From Octopus sinensis (Eukaryota), in the NCBI RefSeq assembly GCF_006345805.1, contig NC_043005.1, forward strand, positions 92,256,001 through 92,320,000: a DNA stretch of 64,000 nucleotides. Reading direction: 5' to 3'. The translations under genes and the position numbers were made by a program. The notes under the pieces were generated by a model, which was not told where the DNA came from, ran no database searches, and saw only the letters and a list, made by a program, of their open reading frames with translations. Positions 1 through 12,874 of the stretch are shown here, one piece after another (the first letter of the stretch is position 1; every line of letters starts with the position of its first letter).

Positions 1-1560
1 CGCAAGTGAACCATCATCCATGCGAACAATTTCTCTCCTACCACATCATGATTCTCTCTCACACACTGTCTTGCAACACGAAATACTTCAAGTCTTTGGT
101 CCTCACGGTGCAGAACATTGGCAAATTTTTTCTTATCAGCTTCCCCTCTGGCTAAATAAACCTGTCTCCTAGCTTCCCTTTTGGCAGTCTGATACAATTC
201 CCTGCTTCCACCATTCTTCCAGTCCTTCCAAGCCTGTCTCTTTTCTCTAATAGTCTACAACATTGTTCCACCACCACGTTATTTTGGGTCGAGAGGGGAC
301 TTTGCACCAGCCACAGATCTGGTCAGTGGCTCTCAGCAGGTTGTCCCTTAGAAACGTCCAGTTGTCTTCTACCCCATGTGAAGCTCTATCCCCTTCTACT
401 TCATCAAAGGCTTCAAGTAATATGTCCCTAAGTCTCTGTCCATTCGCAGGATCTTTAAGCTTTCAGATCCTTCATCTCCATGTTGGTCGTCTTCTGGTTG
501 TCCTCTTAGTCCTGATCCTAAAGTCACTAACTACCAGTCTATGTTGTGGGGCACATTCTTCTCCTGGGAAGGTTTTGGCATTTATAAGCAGCCATCTTTC
601 CCTTTTCCTGGCAAGGATGTAGTCAATTTGGCTAGTATGTCGGCCCGATCGGTAGGTGACCAAGTGGCTTGTCGGTTTCCTGAAGTTAGTGTTGCAAACC
701 ATAAGATCATTTGCATCACAGAACTCCAGCAGCCTGGTTCCCTCCTCATTGTGTGAACCATAACCATGGCCTCCATGTACACCATGGAAGCCCCCAGCAT
801 GTTGTCCAACATGCCCATTGAAGTCACCAGCCACAAAGAGAAGGTCTCTGTTGTTCGTCAACGAGGTAGTCTGCAGTAGGGTGTCATAGAATCGGTCTTT
901 CTGTCCATTGGGTAGCCCCAGCTGAGGTGCATAGGCCGATATAATGGTTGCTAATCCATGATGAATCACTAATCTAATTTTAAGTATTCTGTCATTTACT
1001 CTGATTACCTCAATTACCTTATCTACCCATTTTTCAGCGATAAGTATACCCACGCCCCCAACCCCGTCAGTGTTCCCTGCCCAGAAAAACCTTGTACCTG
1101 TGTTCTTTGCCTGTGAAGAACCTAGCAGACCCTCCTCTCCACTTTACTTCTTGGATGCAACATATATCAACACGTCGCCGATCAAGCATCTCGACAATCT
1201 CGCCAGACCTACCTTTCAGTGTGCCAACATTGAGAGTGCCAACCCTGAGGGTGTGGGAGGTATGGGCCCTAGAGACCCTGGGACGGGGAACAGTGGCGTC
1301 ATGTACCTGAAAAGAGAGCTCACATTTGGCAGAATTCATAAGCAAACAATGATCTTAAGTTCAACCTGCTTACACTAAACTATCACGTTTTGCACTGTAT
1401 GATCACTACCTTATATAGTGGGGGTGGTGTTCGCGTAAGGCCTTTAGGTGTTCATGGGAGACAAGCAGAGGAAGACGAGATGAGATAAGGACTTCCGGTA
1501 AAGGTGGAGGGGGCGGAGGTGGGGCAGGCGAACTGGGAACAATGGGCAAGAAATTTAAGT
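1..1560 (-). mobile_element. RTE-clade LINE, 5' part (5'UTR plus APE endonuclease, frameshifted); continues off the left edge
   Basis: ORFs 1067-1345 (LRVGTLNVGTL...DICCIQEVKW) and 472-1053 (IISAYAPQ, AGDFNGHVG, SQIDYIL) carry APE endonuclease motifs typical of RTE; 1-260 continues the ORF. Confidence 0.92.
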
Positions 1561-1829
1561 GATAGAAAAGACCGATAGATGAGGGAGAAAGAGAAGATTA
1601 GAGACGAAAGGCTGTGTGATTGTGTGATAAGTTTTCATGAGTGAAAGAATATGTTGTGAGGAAATGCGTGAGCTAGGGTTTGAGACAAAAAAGACATCGA
1701 CAGTATATATATATATATATGTATGTATGTAATGTGTGTGTGCGTGTATATATATAAAGTTCATGTTCAGTTAAATGAAGGAAACAAAATGGAGAGCAAA
1801 GATAATGATAATAATAATGATGATGATGA

Positions 1830-1860
<31 letters not shown>

Positions 1861-1895
1861 CACACTTCTCATATATACATACACACACAAATGTA

Positions 1896-1950
<55 letters not shown>

Positions 1951-2142
1951 ATATGTATATATGTATATATATATAATTGTTACCGCCATATTAATATGGC
2001 AGTCTTATATATGTAAGACTAAAAGCTGTCGCTGATTAGCTCCATGAGGTGATCGCCTTAAGATAGCTATTTGACACACAAACTGTGTCCATTATAACCT
2101 TCGAACAAGGGAGGTCAGCCGCTTCACACTGCCAGTCAGACA

Positions 2143-2185
2143 GTTACAGATGCGTTTCAGGGTATTTGCCCTTTGTCAATGTAAC
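2143..2185 (-). ncRNA. Type I minimal hammerhead ribozyme motif, left-arm copy, stem III broken by a CpG-type change (GAAAC-GC-AUC)
   Basis: Reverse complement reads GUUACA-UUGACAA-AGGG-CAAAUA-CCCU-GAAAC-GC-AUC-UGUAAC. Confidence 0.7.
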
Positions 2186-2575
2186 GTAGTCAGACCCAGC
2201 AGGTGTCGCCACTGATCGTCTCTGTTCGAAGGTTTTATTTCGGTGGAAGGTTTTATTTACCGAGTTTCGGTGGAATACATCCACTTGTTTTCAATAATAG
2301 AAATATTAAAATTACTAAGTCTCTCTAAAAGAGATTACGGCAGCGTTACTGGAAATTAATTGTTATCGCCATATTAGTCTTACATATATAAGACTGCCAT
2401 ATTAATATGGCGATAACAATTAATTTCCAGTAACGCTGCCGTAATCTCTTTTAGAGAGACTTAGTAATTTTAATATTTCTATTATTGAAAACAAGTGGAT
2501 GTATTCCACCGAAACTCGGTAAATAAAACCTTCGAACAGAGACGATCAGTGGCGACACCTGCTGGGTCTGACTAT

Positions 2576-2618
2576 GTTACATTGACAAAGGGCAAATACC
2601 CTGAAACGCGTCTGTAAC
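2576..2618 (+). ncRNA. Type I minimal hammerhead ribozyme motif with U3-A8 core variant
   Basis: GUUACA (stem I) UUGACAA (core) AGGG-caaaua-CCCU (stem II) GAAA C-GC-G UC, cleavage predicted after 2612, then UGUAAC (stem I, perfect 6 bp); palindromic ACGCGU stem III. Confidence 0.8.
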
Positions 2619-3794
2619 TGTCTGACTGGCAGTGTGAAGCGGCTGACCTCCCTTGTTCGAAGGTTATAATGGACACAGTTTGTGTGTCAAATAGCTATCT
2701 TAAGGCGATGCCCTCATGGAGCTAATCAGTGACAGCTTTTAGTCTTACATATATAAGACTGCCATATTAATATATATATATATAATGTGTATGTATGTAA
2801 TACATAAAATATCAGAACTGAGATACTATACATATGTATGTATAATATAATGCATATTAAATATTTTAACTAAATTCTAATCCTTTTCTATTATTTCTTT
2901 CTTTTAACAGGAAGGAAAAAGACAATGCTACCAAAGAAAATATTGCGATAATAACTTTTAAAAAATATGAAAGCATGTAAAAACACACTTTCTTGTTTTG
3001 AAGAAAAAGAAAGGCAAAAAGAAAAAAGATGGGTTAAATCAGGAAGATAAATTGAAAGATAGATTAAGATTACAACTATAATGCAAAAGAAAGATTATCA
3101 ATTTGGCAAAATACATACATATACATATATATGTCGTGTAATATTTCATTATTGATGAACAAAAAATAGTACTCCATCCAATGAGAGAGAAATGTCATTT
3201 AATATGTAGAGAATTTAAATGTGAGCTACCATTAGTTTCATGCCTCAGATAACACAATGGTTAATCAAGCGTGCATAGTGTGCCATGTATTTTTAGGCAA
3301 TCATTCACACTCAAAGTACAACATAGCTTTAAGAGCAGCCATTTTGCATTTTGAGTCTGAGTGATTACCTGAAAATACAGAGTGTGCTATACAAGCTTGT
3401 TCAGCCATTGTATTATCAGAGGTGGGAAATTAATAGCAGCCCACACTTAAAGCCTGTGTATATTAAATAGCACACACACACACACATGCATGCATGCGTA
3501 TAGGTGTGCAAAGAGTGATGCAAACAAGGAAACAGAACTCAAAACATGAGTATACACATATTGTATTTATTATTAATAATTAACAGACATTACAGAATGA
3601 CTCTTGGACAGAGATTTATTCGGTAATCTCTGCCAATGAATAAATAATCCTTTAGGCACAAAGTCTGACTTGGGGGGGGGGGGCTCATTAATTACATCAG
3701 CCTTAGTTCTTGACTGCTACTTACTCAGAATGTAAAGTTGGATGAAATTCCACTAAGCATTTTGCCCAGTGGGCTAATGAGTCTTCCAATTTGC

Positions 3795-3814
3795 ATCATT
3801 ATTATTATTATTAT

Positions 3815-3846
<32 letters not shown>

Positions 3847-3848
3847 TA

Positions 3849-3883
<35 letters not shown>

Positions 3884-3950
3884 TACTACTACTATTGTTA
3901 TTATTACTACTACTACTATTATTATTATTACTATTATTATTATTATCTAT
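3795..3950. repeat. Compound (ATT)n/(ACT)n microsatellite
   Basis: Direct reading. Confidence 0.95.
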
Positions 3951-3997
3951 ATATATAAAAGAGAGTTGGGGGGGGCATGCATACATATGTTCCTAAT

Positions 3998-4877
3998 GTA
4001 TTCAAAAACTGAGTTCCTGATTTTGATGTAAGGGATATCAAAAGATCACGTAATCTTTCGGCTATCAAATAAACTTTTTCATTTACATATTTGCATCACA
4101 AAAATTTAACATTATAATCTTTTCTGTAACACAACTATCATAAACATTTTATACCACAATGATGACATCACATTTTCCTTATGAGTGTGTACCTTAAAAG
4201 ACATCCATTTTCTCTATATGTTATGAGAAAATACAGTCACCCACTCTCTCCCTCATGCACACGCACACATATATACAAAAAAGACGTATGCATATGTATT
4301 TATGTACATGTATATGAAAGATAATGTGTGTGTGAGAGACAGAGAGCGGCTGAGTGCCACTTATACATACATGCAAAAAAACATACATGACAACACACAC
4401 CTTCAATCACTCTTTTTCTCTCTTTCTCACACATATACGTACATACACACACATCCATTTCATATACACGTACATACCTCTTTCACTTTCTGCTCTCACT
4501 TCAAAGCAAATATCGCCTTTTCACTTTCTCTACTCTTTCAATTTCTGCTCTTTTCAAAGCATAAAGAAACAAAAATTTTTCAGGAAAATTAATGAATGCA
4601 TTTGAAAACTGAGTCACCAATTTTGACATGTGGGGTATCAAAAGATTCAGAAATCTTTCAGCTGCCAAATAAACTTTATTTTCACTTGCACATTTGCATT
4701 ACAAAAATTTAACATTATAATCTTTCTATAAGTCAACTATCGTAAACAACATTTTATACCACGACGAAGACATTACATTTTGTATATGAGTATGTACCTT
4801 AAAAGACATCCATTTTCTCTATATGTTATGAGGAAATACAGTCACTCACTCTCTCTCTCACACACGCAAACTCACAT

Positions 4878-4916
<39 letters not shown>

Positions 4917-5053
4917 CAAAAAAGATGTATGCATATGTATTTATGTTCGTGTATATGAAAGATAATGTGTGTGAGAGACAAAGAGAGACCAAGTGAGTGC
5001 AACTTACATATACATGCAAAAAATGCATACATGACAACACACACCTTCACTCA

Positions 5054-5087
<34 letters not shown>

Positions 5088-5765
5088 TGCATGCATCCAT
5101 TTCATATACATGTACATACATCTTTCACTTTCTTCTCTCATTTCAAAGTAAATGTCACCTTTTCACTTTCTCTTCTCTTCCAATTTCTGCTTGATTCAAA
5201 CCATAAAGAAACAAAAAATTTTATGGAAATTAGTGAATGCATTCAAAAACTGAGTTGCCAATTTTGACATATGGGGCATCAATATTTTTAGTAATCTTTC
5301 AGCTACCAAATAAACTTTACTTTCATTTACATATTTGCATTACAAAAATTTTACATTATAATCTTTCTATAAGTCAACTATCATAAACAACATTTTCTAC
5401 GAGTGTATACCTTAAAAGTCATCCATTTCTCTAAATGTTATGAGGAAATATGCTCACTCACTTTCATTCTTACATGTACATGTACATACAAAAAAGATGA
5501 ATGCATATGTATTTATGTAAGTGTATATGAAAGATAATGTGTGCGCTTTGTGTGTGTGAGTGAGAGAGAGAGAGCAAGTGAATGCCACTTACATATACAT
5601 GCAAAAAAATATATACATGACAACTCACCCACCCACCCGCCCACCCACCCACTCACTCACTCACTCACTCACTCACTTACTCACTCACTCACTCACTCTC
5701 ACTCTCTCTCTCACTTTCTGCTCTCTTCAAAGCATAAAGAGATAAAAAGTTTTTACGGAAATTAA
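3998..5765. repeat. Three diverged tandem copies of a ~600-640 bp unit with internal (CA)/(CT) tracts
   Basis: Unit start 'ttcaaaaactgagtt..aattttgac' recurs at ~3998, ~4600 and ~5240, followed by colinear sequence. Confidence 0.85.
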
Positions 5766-6659
5766 CAAACAATCATAAGACCCCATATGATCAGCCATAT
5801 GATTGAGTTGACAACTTTCCTGCTTCAAACAAAAGAATGCTGTAAAATAACTTCTTTTGGTGCACACACACACACTCTAGGTAAAACTTCTGTATGAATT
5901 AAGTTATTTCTTGCTGCGTGTATGTGCAAAATTACAGCTCAAATCCAATTGAAATCACCTTTTTCTATTCTGTAATCATGTTTGTAGTGACCATATTTAA
6001 AAACCTGATCTTCACTATAAACTTAAAAGGAAATTCTCCTAGAAATTCTGTCCTTTACCTGTTGTTTCTAGCATGTCCGAGGTTACATTTGTGCCCTCAC
6101 CCCTATTTTCTTTCCTAAATTTCTTCTGCTTTCAATACAGGAGATTAGGATTTTGCCCAAAAAACATGTTCTTAATAATTTAATTTTCCCCCTCTCCATC
6201 CCAATTTCTTCATGTTTTACTTTTTTACAAAATTTTTTTTTGTTAATCCACAGAGAAAAAAAACAGAGAGTACAAATCTTGAAGAATTTTCTTCTTTCTT
6301 TTTTCTTAAAGAAACATTAAAATCTCCTTCCCAAACATCCACCAATCACCTCACCACTTTCAAAAAGCTACAAACTCCCAATGTTTCACTTTTGGCTTTT
6401 TGAAAAGCAGGGAAGTTTCTTCAGGAATAATGTCATGTACCTGGTGTTTCTAGCATATTGAGTTTTCTGGTGATGATCTGGTATTTTTTTACATCTGCTA
6501 TTTCCGTACAATTCTACATATGTGTTAAACATCAGACGAAAGTGAAAGATAGGGTGTTTTTAGCTTTTTGAAAGTGGGTGGGTGATGGGTGGGTAAGGTG
6601 GGCAGTGAGTGTTTCTTTAAGAAAAATTAAACTTTAAAAAATATATATATTTCCCAGAT

Positions 6660-6935
6660 CGTTACCAACGTCGGCTTACTGGCACCTGTGCCGGTGGCAT
6701 GTGTAAAAAGATTTGAGTGAGGTCATTGCCAGTACCGCCTGACTGGCCCCCATGCAGGTGGCACGTAAAAAGCACCCACTACACTCTCAAAGTGGTTGGT
6801 GTTAGGAAGGGCATCCAGCTGTAGAAACTCTGCCAGATCATCTGGTTTGCCAGATCTCAGTCAAAATCGTCTAACCTATGCTAGCATGGAAAGCGGACGT
6901 TAAACAATGATGATGATGATAATGATGATAATGAT
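6660..6935 (+). mobile_element. RTE 3'UTR-derived fragment ending in an (ATG)n tail
   Basis: Shares the gtgccggtggcac repeats and the ...gctagcatggaaagcggacgttaaac(gat)n end with the RTE at 47900-50050. Confidence 0.8.
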
Positions 6936-9900
6936 GACTCCACCGGGTCTTTCCTCTCAGAATATCAAAGGGGATTCTCTCTGCCAATGAAGAGTAGATA
7001 GTAGGATGCTTGCATGATAGTGAGACAAGGGCACTGAATGAGGGGGATGTGAGAAGTTCTAGGGAGATATGAAGCAAACCTGTTCTGTTGGATGATGATA
7101 TTAGTGAGCATGAGCAAAGAAGACATAGTCAGAAACAATGACAGCTGATCTCAGGATGTTGAACATTACAGAAGATGTAACAAAGCAATACAACAAATGG
7201 CATGATGCTGTGTTGGAGAAGACCTGTTCAACCCATGCAAGAATGAGAAAGCAGATATTAAATGATGATGATGATGATATCTAGACTGCAGTTCTAAAAC
7301 AGTTAATATATATATATTTATTAAAGTTTACTCCAAATATTACAGTTTTCTACCAAATTAAATTTTTTTGAATACAAAATAATTTTCACTTGACTTTTTT
7401 TTTCTTTTACAAAACACTTTTTTTTTTCTCTTTGAAGAAATAAATTTGTTTCTTATAACATACATCCTGTTAAGACATTCCAAAATAATAATAAAAAATT
7501 TCAAAACATTCATTTTTCATTATGTAGGAAAATATTAAGTTACTTGTATTAAAATTTGCAGCCATTCTTCAATTTCTTATGATGAAAACTGAAGCAGTGC
7601 TAGCAATATATTTAATCTCATATGAGCTCAGCAGTGTGTCAAAGATAGAGTTCAGTAAAATAAATAGTAGATCACAGTCAATTTTCAAGTGCTTCAGGGT
7701 TGTCAAACTACACTCTCATACTTAACTCTGGGACCACCGCCTTCTAACACATGCAAGTACCTATAAAGGAAGAGAAAGACTGGCAATGTAATATGGGTAC
7801 ATGCAAAATAAAGGTGTGTTACAAGCAAACAAATATTACAGATCATGCTTGTGTGTGTGTGCCACTGTAGTACAGCAGTGTCTTTCATTTCAAATCTCCC
7901 ATGGAAACATACCTGGCCATGGGGATATATCCCCTTTACTTGGCAGCCGGCTATAGAACATGTCATCATCATCATCATCATCATTTAGCGTCCGCTTTCC
8001 ATGCTAGCATGGGTTGGACGGTTCAACTGGGGTCTGTGAAGCTGGAAGGCTTTGTCAGGCCCAGTCAGATCTGGCAGTGTTTCTACGGCTGGATGCCCTT
8101 CCTAATGCCAACCACTCCGTGAGTGTAGTATGTGTATCTCAATAAAACTCTGTCCAACTCATGCAAGCATAGAAAAGTGTAAGTTAAATTGATGATGACA
8201 GTGATATCTACATATGTGTGAGTGCATACATAACACATGTATAATATACATATATGAATACATATAATAATAATTATTTGAGGGAATATTAATCCTAACT
8301 TACAGGGAAAAAACTCAATTTAGAAATACTAAATCAAATTTCACACAATATAATATATATATATTAAAAAATTAGGAAAAAACACCTTTTATCAATTGAA
8401 AATGAGCAATTAAATTACACCATCTAGAAAATTACATATAATAGAAATATTAAAATTAAAATAACAATAAAATACCAATGATTAAGTAAATTGCAAAAAA
8501 ACAATAAATAATTTAAACAAATATATGCATGTGTGTGTGTGTGTGTGTGTGTATGTGTGTGGTTGAGCATTAAAATGCACTTAGACCTGCTGGACTCCAA
8601 ACAACCATAATGGAGAAACGCATACAGGAACTATAAGATAAACTGGTGTTTATCCTTATTTCTGAGACAATATATATATATATATATATATTCAAATAAA
8701 GTACATAAAAATTACAAAGTGTGTGTGAGTGTGTGTGTTACCACAAACAAGATGAACCACCACTGCCACAACTACCACAGTCCCCCCCACACACACACCA
8801 CCACTACCACCACCACCATTTTAGGTTTACACACTATTCTATGTTGAGAGATTTTCCTAGCTCACACTGTTCCTACTAATCTCTCCGCCTCCTCCTCCTC
8901 TCTCTCTCTCTCTCTCCTTCTCTTCCAGCAATTATAGCACATGATCTTTTGTCTCTCAACTAATTGTGTATGTCGGCATATAGCTGTGCATAAATTAGCT
9001 TGTGTGTGACTGTGTGAGAGAGGAGGAAGCAGTGTGTGTGTGTGTGCATGCACATGTGCTCGAGAGTATTTGCAAGAACATGATATAACAGTTATATTTT
9101 TGCTCAGGCTTCAATCTTGATTTGTAGAAACTCTGCCAGATCAAGATTGGAGCCTGGTGCAGCCATCTGGTTTGCCAGTCCTCAGTCAAATCGTCCAACC
9201 CATGCTAATATGGAAAGCGGACGCTAGATGACGATGATGATGATATTGCAGTGGCTTATTTAGAGGACGAAAGTTGGTGCACATGACATATTTTTTCTCA
9301 GCACTTTCCAAACTGGTGGAAAGGGGCAAGGAAAAAACACAACTGTAAAAATAGCTGGCTGTAGTAAAAGACAGAACACCAAGATATTAAGTTATCCTCA
9401 CACGACAGACCTTGACTTGGTCAGAATAACTACAACAGAACAGATTCTATTAACAGCACCAAAGAGTTAGATGCTGCTGCTAAACACTGCATCAGATTAA
9501 ATTTGCAACCTAGAGGGTAAGCAATAAACATTCGAAGAAAGAGCAAGAGATATAAAAAGAAGGTCCAGCCCTTTGGGAGAGAGCCTTTGACTGTAATAGC
9601 AAACTGACAAATGCCTTCTTTTGTTTAACATTTGTTTTGGCAAACATGCATTCCTGGCATTAACCTTTACCAGTTTTTCTTGTAATAGATTACTTATTTC
9701 ACATGACTTGAAAGACATAAGTGGCCAGATGATTTGTTGACAGGGGAAGCTGATACCACCACCACCTGCTGTGTATCTGTATGACCAATTAAACATGTAA
9801 AAACGATCACACACACATACACAGACAAGCTGAAGATTTATGCTAAATGTATTAACGATACCAAAACACAACAGCAATTAATAACATTTTCAGCTGATAT

Positions 9901-10149
9901 ATAGGCATGGAATTTGGCCAAAAGAAATGTTCATATTTGGTTATAGAATGAAGAAAGTCAATCCCCCAAACCCAAAACCTGTGCATCAATGGTCTCTCTA
10001 TCTCTCCCATTCCACATAAAGAATGTTACAAGTACCTAGGCATAGACGAAAATGTATCATATGAAGGCACTGTGAATAAAGGTAGAGTGACCCAAAAATA
10101 TTACACCAGACTTAGGAAAATATGGCAGTCGGAACTCTCCTCTTACAAC

Positions 10150-10840
10150 AAAACAATATCCCACTATGATTTGCAGTACCAGTGCTGATTCCAACATTTT
10201 TGTGAATGGCATTGTAAATTGTTTCAGCAACAACATCGTGCCACATAAAGATGTAGTACCGTGATGACATTTTAGGACATCTGCTGATCACATGCAGGAT
10301 GTCTTCCACAGAAACATGACATAGCCTACACCTGCAGTTACACGTTTGGATTACAAGAGCATCACTATCTCTCTTGTTCACCAGGTACTTTGTGGCAATC
10401 TCCTGTTCCTGGGTTGCAAACACATAGCCTTCAAAGTGTAATGTGATGTAATGGTCTTGTGTCCAATTGAGGCTGTGCTCCATGTCAATTCTACTGTTTT
10501 CTTCAAGCTTCTGATCAACATACCCATGCATAGTCTTTTTTTTTTTTGTATGCTGAGTGTTTTCCATCCAGGTCTTCTCTGAGGTAAGAGAGCCCAGCTG
10601 TTTTGGGGCTGTATAGGAGATCCTCAGGAAGAGAGTACTTCTTGAGGAGCTCGCTGGCAACTCATACGATGTTGCTCACTTCACTTTTCAGCACTGCATT
10701 TATATATTTATTTTTGCTGCTGTTGTTCAGCTGCTGCTGCCTGAGTGATACCATACGGCATTCAAAGGCCGTCTACCACCTTCATTTCTTGATCTCTACC
10801 ACCTTCATTTCTTCTTAGGTAGAGCCTATCAACATTGCTG
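10150..10840 (-). mobile_element. Decayed RLE-type non-LTR retrotransposon fragment (R4/Dong-like C-terminal zinc knuckle)
   Basis: ORF 10112-10660: QEQEIATKY...CRLCHVSVEDILHVISRCPKMSSRYYIFMWHDVVA matches the CxxC...HxxxxC...RHD motif. Confidence 0.75.
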
Positions 10841-11956
10841 TTTCTGTGAAAGTTCCCAGTTATTGTCAGGATTTTGAAGGTTTTGATATCTATGGACAAA
10901 TATCTTCTATTATAACCCCAGGCTGACCAAATCTATTGAGTGAATTTGGTATGGCTGTAACCCTTTTTTAATAGAGGTTCATAGCCAGAAATTTGAGGGA
11001 GAGAACACTGGATTGTATCAATTCACAATACTTGTTTAGTATTTTATTCTGTCAACTCGATAGATATAAAAAAAAAGGTGATGTAAGGTAAATTTTACAA
11101 GTGTTTGTTAACTAAAAACATATGCTTATAATTTTACTGCATATCTATAAATGTACAAATATACAAAGCGTGGTGATAAGAAGCTTGCTTTCCAACCTCA
11201 TGGTTCCCAGGTTCAGTCACACTGCATGGCACTTTGAACAGGTATCTTCTGCTATAGCCTCAGACTGACCAAAGCCTTGTGAGTGGATTTGATAGAGAGA
11301 AACTAAAAACAGCGCACTGTGTGTGTGTCTGCCTTTGTTCCCCGTCCCCAATTGTCAACTGGTGTTGGTGTGTTTACATTCCTGTAACTTAGTAGATTGA
11401 CAAAATAGACTGATAGAGTAAGTACCAAGCTTAAAAAAAAAAATAAGTACTGGGGTCAATTTGTTCAACTAAAAACCCTTCAAGGTGGAACCCCAGCTTG
11501 GCCACAGCTTAATGACTGAAACCAGTAAAAGATACATATATACATATACGTATGTATAGATACACACATATATATGGATACATTTCTTTTTTTTTTTTTG
11601 TTTCTTGAGCCCTGAGACTCACCAAGCCGGTTACCAAGTCACTATGATGTATAAGTGAACAACCAAAATTACAACGTTCCCACTAAATGCAACACTGACC
11701 TATCGGAGGCCACAAAGCCAGCAATTTTAAGGAGAGGGGACAAGTTGATTACACTGAACCCCAGTACTTGATGGTACTTTATAGATAACCCCTCCCAAAA
11801 GAGATGAAAGGCAAAGTTGACTTTGGCAGGATTTGAACTCAGAACATAAAAAGCCACTAAGCGTTTTATCCGACATGCTAATTCTGCCAGTTTGCTGCCA
11901 TGGACACACACACAGACATAAGAACAAAATAAACTTTAAATATAATGATAACTAAC

Positions 11957-12087
11957 TCATCTAAAATTGAATCAAGCCATGTTCTGTGCAGCAGACTGTC
12001 AACCCATGAATTCGGAATGGCATCGAGGCCCATTTTACATCCAAGAACAGCTCCAGCTGCAGCAGCATTCGCATCAGCATCTCCTCC
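11957..12087 (-). CDS. ADP-ribosylglycohydrolase-family gene, exon 8 (GGDADANAAAAGAVLGCKMGLDAIPNSWVDSLLHRTWLDSILD)
   Basis: tttcag acceptor, GA|gttagt donor, family GGDxDxN motif. Confidence 0.92.
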
Positions 12088-12439
12088 CTGAAATCAATAG
12101 AGAATAACACTTCTCATACATTTCAAAAAGTTAGCCATTGTAAATATTTGGGACAGAGTTTTCTTCAGGATAACTATATCCAGTTGGTATTAAGTAGAGG
12201 ATAAAAAAACTTTGAATAAACTGTATAAATACTCTTGTTTGTAAATACCTCATACATTTATGACTGTTATTCCATTTAAGGCTTTAACTCCTTCAATACA
12301 GAACCACCTGAGACTACCACTGGTTTTGCCACAAAATTCTTTCATTTTAAACTCTTCACATTAAAGTTAAAAGCTTTCATCATAATTTAATAATGAGTGC
12401 TCCTCTGAAATTTTATCAAGCAGGTAATCATGCCAGGAT

Positions 12440-12625
12440 TGTGTTGGGAAAAGCATTGAGGAGGCTCGAGAGAGAAAGCTTGTTGAATACCAAGAGCTTG
12501 TAGAACAATGCAGAGCTGAGGCTAGTCGGATTCCTGCAATTGACGTGGATTGCATGGGATTTGTGGGGCAATCATTCTACAGAGCACTGATTGGGCTTGG
12601 AATCATTAATACAGCAAAGAGGTGG
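12440..12625 (+). mobile_element. Short RLE C-terminal remnant of a non-LTR retrotransposon (R2/NeSL/Hero-like)
   Basis: Translation KLVEYQELVEQCRAE...IDVDCMGFVGQS resembles the K..KY..L...EVG.RGF endonuclease motif. Confidence 0.55.
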
Positions 12626-12874
12626 GGAAAATCTTGAAACCTTTGTGAAACAGTCTTTTAAATTTATGTTCTAAACAACAATTTAATGAAAAGAAGCTAA
12701 CTTTTTCATTAAATCCCACCAAGTCATTTGAAACAGAGGTAATATACATCATTAAAGATGTGGTCAAGAAAAGGTAAAAATTAAAAAGTCATTGATTGGA
12801 TTTCTTTACCAACATATAGACTGTACCTGTAGCATGTACACAAACAATGGTGGAGTTTCCATGCTTATCATCAT

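Larger units (their letters stand above)
1975..2773. mobile_element. Back-to-back inverted pair of a ~365-nt non-coding hammerhead-containing monomer (retrozyme-like / Penelope-derived)
   Basis: 1975-2376 is the near-perfect reverse complement of 2377-2773; the right arm has a direct terminal repeat (2377-2406 = 2742-2771, period 365); each arm has one hammerhead motif. Confidence 0.85.

Noticed and set aside
1380-1560. Possible HDV-like ribozyme in the RTE 5'UTR
   Set aside because: Could not find the nested double-pseudoknot pairing by eye
1555-2035. Ile/Tyr/His/Thr-rich ORFs here and at 36274, 56295-56940, 57841-58331 and 59559-60627
   Set aside because: Translations of (TA)n, (CA)n and (TATG)n microsatellites
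2901-2985. Plus-strand acceptor ttttaacag followed by KEKDNATKENIAIITFKKYESM*
   Set aside because: No homology or partner exon; such acceptors are common by chance in AT-rich DNA
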